Source: a virus (Duplodnaviria; Heunggongvirae; Uroviricota; Caudoviricetes). Taken from it: a stretch of 7,804 bases of DNA. Within the stretch, counting starts at the first letter, position 1. Each line of letters begins with the position of its first letter. Both the position numbers and the translations under genes were made by a program. Under the pieces are notes generated by a model that did no database searches, was not told where the DNA came from, and saw nothing but the letters and a program-made list of their open reading frames with translations. Shown one piece after another: positions 1 through 7,491 of this stretch. The stretch lies in IMG/VR virus record IMGVR_UViG_2778261567_000005; one strand, given 5' to 3'.

Positions 1-246
1 AAAGTCTATGGTTACCGCCAGAAACCACGTGAAGCGACGCTGGACTGCAAATTTCCGGCAGGCGGAGAAGGTTCACCGGCCGCTGATGAAATCAACACCT
101 GGACTGCGGTCACTATCGAGTTTGTGGCGGATACCGGCGAAGTCCACATGATGACGAAAGCCTGGAGCAGTGAACCGGCCTCACTTGACGGTGGTGGGGA
201 GATCTCCGCGAAGTTCGCCAGTGCCACCAGTACCCGTGTCCAGTAA
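1..246 (+). CDS. Probable phage tail tube protein, C-terminal fragment (5' end lies outside the window)
   Basis: Frame open from nt 1 with no stop until TAA at 244-246 (translation ends ...GGGEISAKFASATSTRVQ). It sits immediately upstream of the chaperone/tape-measure pair, which is where the tube gene lies in Mu-type myovirus tail modules. The call rests on position and size only. Confidence 0.5.
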   Translation, partial: KVYGYRQKPREATLDCKFPAGGEGSPAADEINTWTAVTIEFVADTGEVHMMTKAWSSEPASLDGGGEISAKFASATSTRVQ

Positions 247-260
247 TCAGGAAAAATGCA

Positions 261-737
261 ATGACCACACGAAAGAAAAAAAACGCGGTTTCTGACGAAG
301 CCGTTATTGAGGCTATCCGTGATGCACTTGAGGACGGCGATCCACGCACCGCCGGTCTGGCTGAACAACTGGCGAAAGGCTATGTGGATCTGCTTGATGG
401 TCTGCGATTCGGTGAGTCCCGTGAATACCGCGTCACCTTCCGCGAACTGACGGCGAAAGACAGCATTGATGCGGAAACCGATGCTGAACGTCTTATGGAA
501 ACCCGAAATGGCCCGGTTCTGGTGGCATCACCGGCCCTGCGCGGTATTGCGCTGCTGCGTCGCCAGATTGCCGCTGTCGGTGACATTCAGGGGCCGTTGT
601 CACAACGCCAGATTGGGCAGTTAAGCGAGCGCGATCTCTCCCGTCTGATGGCAGCGGTCAGCCTGCTGGATACCGCGCTTGCCGGAAAGCTGGCGGCTGA
701 CCGGGGGCGAGCAGGCGCAGTGTCGGGCGCAGATTGA
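261..737 (+). CDS. Tail assembly chaperone (lambda gpG / Mu gp41 analogue), 158 aa
   Basis: ATG at 261 preceded by AGGA at 249-252 (8 nt spacer); stop TGA at 735-737. Small acidic protein placed between the tube gene and the tape measure gene, with an overlapping downstream ORF in another frame, which is the conserved chaperone arrangement. Confidence 0.75.
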   Translation: MTTRKKKNAVSDEAVIEAIRDALEDGDPRTAGLAEQLAKGYVDLLDGLRFGESREYRVTFRELTAKDSIDAETDAERLMETRNGPVLVASPALRGIALLRRQIAAVGDIQGPLSQRQIGQLSERDLSRLMAAVSLLDTALAGKLAADRGRAGAVSGAD

Positions 738-861
738 AGAAGCGGCAATAGTGCTGGGGATGGTGACCAGAAGCGGCCCGGAATGGGCGCTTAACCTCCC
801 CTTATCGCAACTTTACCGGCACTGCCAACAAACGGAAAAAATTCTCAGAACGAAGCAGTAA
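261..861 (+). CDS. Predicted frameshift fusion product of the tail assembly chaperone (gpGT-like), about 200 aa, made by a -2 (equivalently +1) shift near nt 703-707
   Basis: The second frame (codon phase of nt 706) is open from the TGA at 646-648 to the TAA at 859-861 and overlaps the chaperone 3' end. The G5 run at 703-707 allows a P-site Gly-tRNA on GGG (705-707) to re-pair on GGG (703-705), after which GGC (706-708) is read in the new frame. A -2 shift at this gene position is documented for phage Mu (Xu, Hendrix and Duda 2004). Confidence 0.5.
700..710 (+). other. Candidate slippery site ACC-GGG-GGC-GA for the programmed frameshift
   Basis: Zero-frame reading is GAC CGG GGG CGA. The G5 run is flanked by CGG and CGA, both low-usage Arg codons in enterobacteria, and a slow A-site codon is a known frameshift stimulator. 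No downstream hairpin or pseudoknot was verified. Confidence 0.35.
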
Positions 862-864
862 CCC

Positions 865-2919
865 ATGGCAAAAAACCTGAAAGCCTCCCTGATTGTCGAT
901 TTACTCGGCAATGTTTCCGCCAAATCCCGCCAGTGGTCACAGGAGCTGGGGGCGTTCTCCCGAGTCGGCAGGACGGGGCTGGGTGGAATTGGAAATGCAG
1001 CCCGCCGTGCCGGTCAGGAGACAGAGCTTGTCGGCTCCCGTATGCAGCGTACGCTTGCCGGTGTCCGTGGCAGTATCCGCACGGTAACGTCGGATTTTGA
1101 CCGTCTTCAGGGCAGTATTACCGGCACGCTGGGACGTCTCAGCAACCTTTACGGGATGCTGGCAGGAGGGGCTGCGGTCTATGGTTTTAATAAAGCCTTT
1201 ATCCGCCCGGCCACAGAGATGGAGAACTATATTCTGCGTCTCAATGCCATTAATCATGGCGATACGGCAAAAACGGAAGCAGTGAAAGCCTGGGCGGTAC
1301 AGAACGCAAAGGAAACCACCTGGGGACTGGCGGGGGTTATGCAGGAATACGCCTCCAGTCGCGGGTTCGGTATGAGTGACAGGGAAGCCCGCCGCTTTAT
1401 TACCATGCTTCAGGATCAGGGCGGCTATCACGGCTGGTCACTGTCAGATGCACAGGGTGCGTCCCTGCAACTCAAACAGATGTTTGCCCGCCAGAGTATC
1501 CAGGCTGCGGACGCCAGTATCCTGACCGGATACGGGATAAACGTTTACCAGTTGCTGGCCGATAAACTGGGTGTAAACCAGAAGATCATCCGTGAGAAAG
1601 GCGAGAAAGGAAAACTGGGACCGGACAGCATTCGGCTGTTATTTCAGGTGATGGCCGAACAGGCAAAAGGTGCCCAGAAAAACGCCATGAACTCATGGAC
1701 AGGGATGACATCCATGATGGGCGACGTCTGGGACGGATTTGCCCGTGAAGTAATGGCAAAAGGGCCATTTGACAGCCTGAAAAAGAGCCTGAAAGGCTTC
1801 CTGGATTATGCCGATGCGGCACAGAAAAGCGGCTTACAGGACAAGCTGGCCACACAAACAGCCTCAGCCCTGAATCAGGGGTTTGAGTATGCCAGAGACG
1901 CAGCGGCGGGTTTTTACCGGGCCATTCAGAAAGTCAGGGAAACGCTTCAGGCATTGCGTGACGCCGGTTATGGCGATGCGCTGGATCGCATTGCTCAGGG
2001 CGCACAGACCGCCGCGAAATATCTCCTGTATATGTATCTCGCCACCCGTGCGCTGAAGGCTGTCCGCGCCATAGGTCTTGGGGCACTGCGACCGGGGGCG
2101 GCATTGTTGGGGTACGGGTTATCCACGGCCGCTGTGCTGACCTCGCCTTTTCGTAAACCGCAGACCACCGTTCCGGGCACGCAGCCAGGACGCGGCCAGC
2201 GTTTTATGAACTTTCTTACCGGGGTAAATCCTGCTGCCGTTCAGCCCGTACTGGTCACCAACTGGCCTGCGGGTGGTCTGGCATCAGGTGGCGGGGATGT
2301 GGTGGTCAGCGGTGACGGCAAAACCGTGCGCGGCCGTAAAAAACGCGGCCCCGGACGTGGGCGGGGTGTCCCGACCGTTGTGACCGCAGGCGAACAACTG
2401 GCAGAGAGCGCCGGTAAACAGGGCTTCTTCGGTCGTATGATGAGCCGTGCCGGTGGTCTGCTTTCGGCTGCCGGAAACCGCATGGGGCTGGGGCGTTTTG
2501 CCGGGTTGTTCCGTGGTGCCGGTCGGCTGGGCGGTGGTGCCCTGTGGGCCGGTGCCATGGCGGCTCCTGTACTGCTGGACAACAGCGCCAGTGCAGCTGA
2601 TAAAGCCGGTGCCATGGGTTCCCTTGCCGGAAGTATCGCCGGTGGCGCGCTGGGGGCTGCCGCCGGTCCGGTCGGGGTTGCCATTGGCTCCACGGTGGGC
2701 AGTTATCTCGGTGATTATCTGGGGGGATGGCTGACCGAAGCCTGGCAGAAATTACGGGGCAGTGATGAAAATGGCGGACAGGCCACCGCGAAAACCGCCG
2801 CACGGGTGGAGCTTGTGGCCCCTGAAGGCTGGCGGGCACGCAGTATTGATGTGGATGATACCGCACAGCATGGCCTTGATGTGAACGTCTGGAACGGAGG
2901 GAACTATGGCCTCTACTGA
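865..2919 (+). CDS. Tail tape measure protein (Mu gp42-like), 684 aa
   Basis: ATG at 865, 3 nt after the stop of the chaperone extension; stop TGA at 2917-2919. It is the longest ORF in the module, largely alpha-helical and Ala/Gln/Lys-rich by composition, with a Gly/Ala-rich hydrophobic C-terminal segment and a basic RGRKKRGPGRGRG patch. It lies directly downstream of the frameshifted chaperone. Confidence 0.9.
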   Translation: MAKNLKASLIVDLLGNVSAKSRQWSQELGAFSRVGRTGLGGIGNAARRAGQETELVGSRMQRTLAGVRGSIRTVTSDFDRLQGSITGTLGRLSNLYGMLAGGAAVYGFNKAFIRPATEMENYILRLNAINHGDTAKTEAVKAWAVQNAKETTWGLAGVMQEYASSRGFGMSDREARRFITMLQDQGGYHGWSLSDAQGASLQLKQMFARQSIQAADASILTGYGINVYQLLADKLGVNQKIIREKGEKGKLGPDSIRLLFQVMAEQAKGAQKNAMNSWTGMTSMMGDVWDGFAREVMAKGPFDSLKKSLKGFLDYADAAQKSGLQDKLATQTASALNQGFEYARDAAAGFYRAIQKVRETLQALRDAGYGDALDRIAQGAQTAAKYLLYMYLATRALKAVRAIGLGALRPGAALLGYGLSTAAVLTSPFRKPQTTVPGTQPGRGQRFMNFLTGVNPAAVQPVLVTNWPAGGLASGGGDVVVSGDGKTVRGRKKRGPGRGRGVPTVVTAGEQLAESAGKQGFFGRMMSRAGGLLSAAGNRMGLGRFAGLFRGAGRLGGGALWAGAMAAPVLLDNSASAADKAGAMGSLAGSIAGGALGAAAGPVGVAIGSTVGSYLGDYLGGWLTEAWQKLRGSDENGGQATAKTAARVELVAPEGWRARSIDVDDTAQHGLDVNVWNGGNYGLY

Positions 2920-4264
2920 CACGCCGGGGCGTGGCTCCTTTCGTGGTGTGCCGTTTCTGATTTATCAGGAACAGCGGGAACGGGGCGGACGTAACATTGT
3001 GCGCCGTGAATATCCTCTTCGGGAAAGCGGCGGCGCGGATGATTTGGGGCCAAAACTCCCGGAGTTTACATTCACGGCTCTTGTGATCGGCGATGATCTT
3101 CAGACGCAGCGAAGCCGCCTGCGGGATGCGCTGCGGGCACCCGGTGCCGGTGAACTGATGCACCCGGATTATGGCACCTTAAACGTGCTGATAAACAGCT
3201 TTGAAAGCCGTTATAACGCCAGCGAACAGGGAACGGTGGAGTTCACAATCAACGTGATCCCCGCCAGTGACGATACCGCCCCTTCGGTGGCAGAAGATAC
3301 GGCAGCTGCGCTGGAGCAGAAAAGTGGTTCAGCAATGAGTCAGTTGTTTAACACACTTTCAGACGGCTGGACGGTGATTTCAGACGGTCTGCATGATGTT
3401 CAGGCCATGACCGACACCATCAGCGATAAAATTGATGCGCTGGAGAATGCCGTTTCGGGAATGGGGATTGTGCAGGATATCAGTGCCTTTACGGCCAGTT
3501 TCACGGCCCTGAAAGGGAATGCTGCCGCCCTGATTAATTCGCCCCGTCGCATGGCTGAATCTCTGGCCGGAATGTTTGCGGTGCTGACGGGACTGCCCGG
3601 TGATCCTTCCCTGTCACTGACCGGGAAGGCCGCAACGCCGTCCGGCAGCCTGACCACAAACCGTGACAGCATGACAGAGCAGGCAATGCCGCAACTGTAC
3701 CGCACACTTTCTTCCCTGCGTTATACCCTCAGCGGGCAGGATGATCCGCAGATCCTGATTGGTCTGACGCCTGCGGCACAGAAAAATATCTGTCTTCTGC
3801 GGACAGTCATGCAGAGCGCAACCCTGGTGTCACAGGCGCAGACGGTAGGAAAACTGCTGGATCAGGTCGTCCGGCAGAGTGCGACGCACGTTCAGGATAC
3901 TGACCGGGAGGGCGGACTGGCCTGGCTGGAAAGTTCTGCCGATGTGCAGCGGATCAACCGGGATTTGAGTGATGCCCTGGAACAACAGGTGCTGGATTTG
4001 TCCGCACAGGGCCATACCGGAACCGCCCTTGCATTACGTGATGCCAGGCTTGCGCTGACAGAGGATTTAACAACGCGTAGCGTGCATCTTCCCGGCGCTT
4101 CTCAGGTCATGGTGCGAACCACCGAACCGGCACTGGTCACGCTGTACCGTGCCACCGGCAACAGCCGTCGCTGGCAGTATTTTGTCCGCAGGAACAACAT
4201 CCCTGATCCGGTTTTTGTTCCTGGTGGTCGCAGTGTGGAGGTGATCAGTGAGCAGCATGATTGA
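2906..4264 (+). CDS. DNA circularization protein (Mu N / gp43-like), 452 aa
   Basis: ATG at 2906 preceded by GGAGG at 2896-2900 (5 nt spacer); overlaps the tape measure stop by 14 nt; stop TGA at 4262-4264. The N-terminal sequence (FRGVPFLI...REYP...) and the position between tape measure and hub match the Mu N family as I recall it; not confirmed by search. Confidence 0.8.
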   Translation: MASTDTPGRGSFRGVPFLIYQEQRERGGRNIVRREYPLRESGGADDLGPKLPEFTFTALVIGDDLQTQRSRLRDALRAPGAGELMHPDYGTLNVLINSFESRYNASEQGTVEFTINVIPASDDTAPSVAEDTAAALEQKSGSAMSQLFNTLSDGWTVISDGLHDVQAMTDTISDKIDALENAVSGMGIVQDISAFTASFTALKGNAAALINSPRRMAESLAGMFAVLTGLPGDPSLSLTGKAATPSGSLTTNRDSMTEQAMPQLYRTLSSLRYTLSGQDDPQILIGLTPAAQKNICLLRTVMQSATLVSQAQTVGKLLDQVVRQSATHVQDTDREGGLAWLESSADVQRINRDLSDALEQQVLDLSAQGHTGTALALRDARLALTEDLTTRSVHLPGASQVMVRTTEPALVTLYRATGNSRRWQYFVRRNNIPDPVFVPGGRSVEVISEQHD

Positions 4265-5375
4265 GCTGTATATTGGTGGCAGTATTTTTTCCGGCTGGCT
4301 GACAGTAAGCGTCCGTCGTTCTCTGGAGCATCTGGCCGGGTCGTTTGAACTGGGGCTGATGCTGCCCGGTGAGCGCATCCCCTCAGCCCTGCGGACCGGT
4401 CAGTCCCTGACGCTCAGAATTAACGGGCAGACGGTCATCAGTGGCTGGCTGGATCAGGTCAGTCAGCGGATCAGTGCAACCCGTCATCAGATCAGCATCA
4501 GCGGTCGGGATAAAACCGGCGACCTGGTGGACTGTGCCGCCATCCATCCCGGCAGTCAGTGGCGAAACCGGACGCTGGCACAGATTGCCGCAGATTTATG
4601 TGCGCCCTTCGGAATAGCCGTGCGCTGGCAGGTTAACGACGACACGGCTGCACGCCCCTTCAGCTCTTTTACCCTGGAAAACTCAGAAACCGTGGCGGAT
4701 GCGCTGACCCGTGCGGCCCGGCATCGTGGGGTGCTGGTGACCAGTAATGCTGACGGTGATCTGGTGTTCACCCAGGCAGGAAATCAGCAGACGGACAGAC
4801 TGGTGCTGGGGGAAAACCTGCTTGATGCCGATTACAACACGGACTGGCGAGGACGATACAGCGAATACCGTGTCCGGGGGCATGGACGCGGTGGTGGCAA
4901 ACGGGGAGACAGCGAATCTGCCGCCCGGCTGGCGGCCCCAGTGGGCATCATCAGTGATGAGCAGATCGGTCGCTACCGGCCGAAAATCATCCTCGCCGAT
5001 CAGCAGACAGACACCACCGGTGCACGGCAGCGCGCCCTGCGGGAGATGCGCCGTGCGGTTGCCCGTTCAGAGCGGTTTTCCGCCACCGTGCGTGGCTGGT
5101 TCCGGGATGATGGCCGGTTATGGGATGTCAATCTGCTGACCGGTGTTTCGGCCCTGCGTTTCGGTATCGAACAGACTGAGCTGCTGGTCTGCCAGGTGGA
5201 GTTTTTACTGGATGAACAGAACGGGGAAGTCACCCGGCTGGTCCTGGCACCGCGTGACGGCTTTATCGTTCCGGCAGAGCCGGACAGCAAAGGCCGTGGC
5301 GGTGGTTACGGTGACGATGTTGATGCCTTTATTCGCCAGCAGATGAAAAAACAGGGGATCAGCTTTGATGAATGA
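4248..5375 (+). CDS. Baseplate hub / tail protein (Mu P / gp44-like; P2 gpD-like), 375 aa
   Basis: GTG at 4248 preceded by GGAGG at 4237-4241 (6 nt spacer); an in-frame ATG at 4257 is an alternative start. Overlaps the upstream stop by 17 nt; stop TGA at 5373-5375. Size and position (after the N-like gene, before the gpV-like spike) fit the hub. Confidence 0.8.
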   Translation: MSSMIELYIGGSIFSGWLTVSVRRSLEHLAGSFELGLMLPGERIPSALRTGQSLTLRINGQTVISGWLDQVSQRISATRHQISISGRDKTGDLVDCAAIHPGSQWRNRTLAQIAADLCAPFGIAVRWQVNDDTAARPFSSFTLENSETVADALTRAARHRGVLVTSNADGDLVFTQAGNQQTDRLVLGENLLDADYNTDWRGRYSEYRVRGHGRGGGKRGDSESAARLAAPVGIISDEQIGRYRPKIILADQQTDTTGARQRALREMRRAVARSERFSATVRGWFRDDGRLWDVNLLTGVSALRFGIEQTELLVCQVEFLLDEQNGEVTRLVLAPRDGFIVPAEPDSKGRGGGYGDDVDAFIRQQMKKQGISFDE

Positions 5376-5979
5376 TGAAGTGTTCAGCCGCCTGATTGCC
5401 CCGGTAACGCGCGGTATTCGCCTGCTGTTTGGCCGTGGCGTTCTGACCGGCACACATGACGAACTGAAAATGCAGAATGTGCAGCTCACCGGCATGGACG
5501 GCGAAACCTTTGATGATGTGGAGCGTCCCCAGCAGTACGGGCAGATCAGCGTGCCCCTGCCGGGCGCAGAAACCTTTTTTGCCTGTCTGGGCGGTCAGCG
5601 GGATCAGACCGTGGTGCTTGTGGTGGAAGACCGGCGCAGCCGCCCGACCGGACTCACTGCCGGAGATACAGGGGTGTATCATCATGAGGGGCACCGGATA
5701 CGGTTAACAAAGGATGGCCGCATTATTGTGACATGCAAAATGCTGGAGATTTACGCCGACGAGGGGATGCGGGTGGATACGCCGGAAGCCGCCTTTACGG
5801 GCAATATGACGGTGGATAAGAACCTGCATGTTAAAGGGAATTTCTCGCTTGATGGTACGGGGAAATCTCAGGGACTGTTCACGATGTCAGATGCCGTTAT
5901 TGCAGGGATACGGTATTCCGGCCATGTACATCATGATAACGGTGAAGGCAGTAAGACAGGAGCGCCGGAGAATGGCTGA
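5368..5979 (+). CDS. Baseplate central spike / baseplate assembly protein V-like (Mu Q / gp45-like), about 203 aa
   Basis: ATG at 5368 preceded by AGGGGA at 5353-5358; the ORF track begins at TTG 5365, but the ATG is the more likely start. Stop TGA at 5977-5979. About 200 aa, with HVHH near the C-terminus, and positioned directly after the hub. Confidence 0.8.
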   Translation: MNDEVFSRLIAPVTRGIRLLFGRGVLTGTHDELKMQNVQLTGMDGETFDDVERPQQYGQISVPLPGAETFFACLGGQRDQTVVLVVEDRRSRPTGLTAGDTGVYHHEGHRIRLTKDGRIIVTCKMLEIYADEGMRVDTPEAAFTGNMTVDKNLHVKGNFSLDGTGKSQGLFTMSDAVIAGIRYSGHVHHDNGEGSKTGAPENG

Positions 5980-6409
5980 TATTGCAATTGTGTGGGATCA
6001 GGGATGCGGTTCGCTGCAACTGAACGGTGCAGACCTGCTGACAGATGACAGCCTGCTGACAGCGGTTCTGATTTCACTGTTTACTGACCGCCGGGCACTG
6101 GCATCGGATGAAATCCCTGATGGCACACGTGACCGCCGGGGATGGTGGGGAGACAGTTTTCGCCCGCGCCCCATTGGCTCCCGTCTGTGGCTTCTCAGCC
6201 GGGAAAAAACGCTGGTCTCCGTGATAAGCCGTGCCCGTGCCTACGCGGATGAGGCGCTGGGCTGGCTCAGTCAGGATGGCGTGGCGTCATCCGTGGTCTG
6301 TCATGCAGAACGTGTGGGACACGCGCGGCTGGCGCTTTCGGTGCGCATAACCCTGCCTGATGGTTCGGTAAGACCCATGATTTTTTATGCTGATCTTAAG
6401 GGGGAGTGA
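5972..6409 (+). CDS. Baseplate protein, gp25/GPW-like (Mu V / gp46-like), 145 aa
   Basis: ATG at 5972 preceded by AGGAG at 5958-5962 (9 nt spacer); overlaps the gp45-like stop by 8 nt; stop TGA at 6407-6409. Translation begins MADIAIVWDQG... The tracked ORF starting at 5828 is an unsupported in-frame upstream extension. Confidence 0.75.
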   Translation: MADIAIVWDQGCGSLQLNGADLLTDDSLLTAVLISLFTDRRALASDEIPDGTRDRRGWWGDSFRPRPIGSRLWLLSREKTLVSVISRARAYADEALGWLSQDGVASSVVCHAERVGHARLALSVRITLPDGSVRPMIFYADLKGE

Positions 6410-7491
6410 TGCCTTATCAGCCTTTACCGCTGGCACAATTAATCACGCAGACACAGCAGGATATCAGCCAGCGTCTTCCCGGTTCGCAGCCGGGCGTGAA
6501 TGAAACCACCCTGAATGCCATTGCGTATGCTCAGGCAGGATTGTCTGCACAGGAGCATGAACATCTGGCCTGGATTGCACGTCAGATCATCCCGACAGAA
6601 GCCGATGAAGCCGAGTTGCTGAAGCACTGCGCTTTCTGGGGTGTCATGCGTAAACCCGCCTCACGGGGTGACGGGCCGGTTCAGCTGATGCTGACCACGG
6701 ATGCGGGGATCACGGAAGGTGTGCTTCTCCAGCGCAGTGACGGCGTGGTTTACCGCATCACCTCCTCACTGACCGGTAAAGCCGGTACGCTGAATGTCAG
6801 TGTGGAGGCCGAAAGTGCCGGTCGTGCGGGAAATGCCCCGGCAGGGACGAAACTGACGTTTGTCACTCCGCAGGCGGGGATCAACCAGACGGCCACGGTG
6901 ACCGGAACAGGGATCACCGGTGGTGCGGATGTGGAAACGGTGCCGGAGCTGCTTTCCCGCCTGGTTTTCCGGGTGCAGAATCCGCCGTCCGGCGGCACGC
7001 AGTACGATTTTGAACGCTGGGCGCGTGAAGTGCCGGGGGTGACGCGGGCATGGTGCCGCCCGGAATGGCCGCAGGCGGGCAGCGTGGGGGTGACGTTCGT
7101 TCAGGACAACAACCCGGACATTTTTCCCGGTGAAGGTGATGTGAAACGTGTGGCGGATTATATCCGCAGTCATGATGATCCGGCGACCGGTCAGCCTGTC
7201 GGTCAGCCGCTGGGGCCGACGGTGACCGTGTTTAAACTGACCAATAAGCCAGTGCCCTTCAGTATCAGGATCATCCCGAAAACACCGGAGAATCAGGCGG
7301 CCGTAAAACAGGCACTGACTGACCTGTTATACAACGAATCCCGGCCCGGCGGTCTGGTTCTGGCGTCGTCTTTCTGGCGTGCCGTGGCGGGGGTGAAAAA
7401 TCTGGAGGATTTTGAAGTGCGCAGCCCGCTGACGTCGGTTCAGGCGGGGGACAGTGAGCTGCTGACAGTGGGGGAAATCACATGGCTGTAA
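6409..7491 (+). CDS. Baseplate J-like protein (Mu W / gp47-like; T4 gp6 / P2 gpJ analogue), about 360 aa
   Basis: ATG at 6409 overlaps the upstream TGA (TGATG), with a G-rich Shine-Dalgarno-like stretch at 6398-6406; GTG at 6406 is an alternative start. Stop TAA at 7489-7491. Size and position fit Baseplate_J. Confidence 0.8.
   Translation: MPYQPLPLAQLITQTQQDISQRLPGSQPGVNETTLNAIAYAQAGLSAQEHEHLAWIARQIIPTEADEAELLKHCAFWGVMRKPASRGDGPVQLMLTTDAGITEGVLLQRSDGVVYRITSSLTGKAGTLNVSVEAESAGRAGNAPAGTKLTFVTPQAGINQTATVTGTGITGGADVETVPELLSRLVFRVQNPPSGGTQYDFERWAREVPGVTRAWCRPEWPQAGSVGVTFVQDNNPDIFPGEGDVKRVADYIRSHDDPATGQPVGQPLGPTVTVFKLTNKPVPFSIRIIPKTPENQAAVKQALTDLLYNESRPGGLVLASSFWRAVAGVKNLEDFEVRSPLTSVQAGDSELLTVGEITWL

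Noticed and set aside
12-368. Two minus-strand ORFs (118 aa and 78 aa) overlapping the tube and chaperone genes
   Set aside because: They overlap the plus-strand genes that fit the conserved synteny and have low-complexity translations; treated as spurious.
937-1431. Antisense ORF (164 aa, minus strand) inside the tape measure gene
   Set aside because: Fully embedded in the tape measure gene on the opposite strand, with no ribosome-binding site and no recognisable protein features.
2241-2693. Antisense ORF (150 aa, minus strand), Pro/Ala-rich
   Set aside because: It is the antisense reading of the Gly/Ala-rich tape measure C-terminal region (GCC/GGC-rich codons read on the opposite strand); a compositional artefact.
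2306-3163. Long antisense ORF (285 aa, minus strand) spanning the tape measure / N-like junction
   Set aside because: The translation is dominated by Arg/Pro/His with no start context; this is the typical artefact of reading the antisense strand of a GC-rich, codon-biased gene. It lies entirely within well-supported plus-strand genes.
3358-3392. Short direct repeat tcagacgg...tcagacgg (3358-3365 and 3380-3387)
   Set aside because: It encodes a repeated SDG tripeptide within the N-like protein; too short and isolated to indicate a repeat element or recombination site.
4150-4247. Possible late promoter upstream of the hub gene, by analogy with the Mu promoter in front of gene P
   Set aside because: I could not identify a convincing -10/-35 pair or a dyad-symmetric activator site by eye in this GC-rich stretch. 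It remains untested rather than supported.
4747-5139. Alternate-frame ORF (130 aa) inside the hub gene, and similar ORFs at 5477..5707, 5143..5346 and 7585..7770
   Set aside because: These are embedded out-of-frame in confidently assigned structural genes, with no start context; they are expected by chance in GC-rich DNA. The 7585..7770 ORF is out of frame with the real gp48-like ORF, which is open to the end of the window.
5828-5971. In-frame upstream extension of the gp46-like ORF (tracked as 193 aa from ATG 5828)
   Set aside because: There is no Shine-Dalgarno before 5828 and the extension would overlap the spike gene by about 150 nt. ATG 5972 has AGGAG 9 nt upstream and gives the expected size of about 145 aa.
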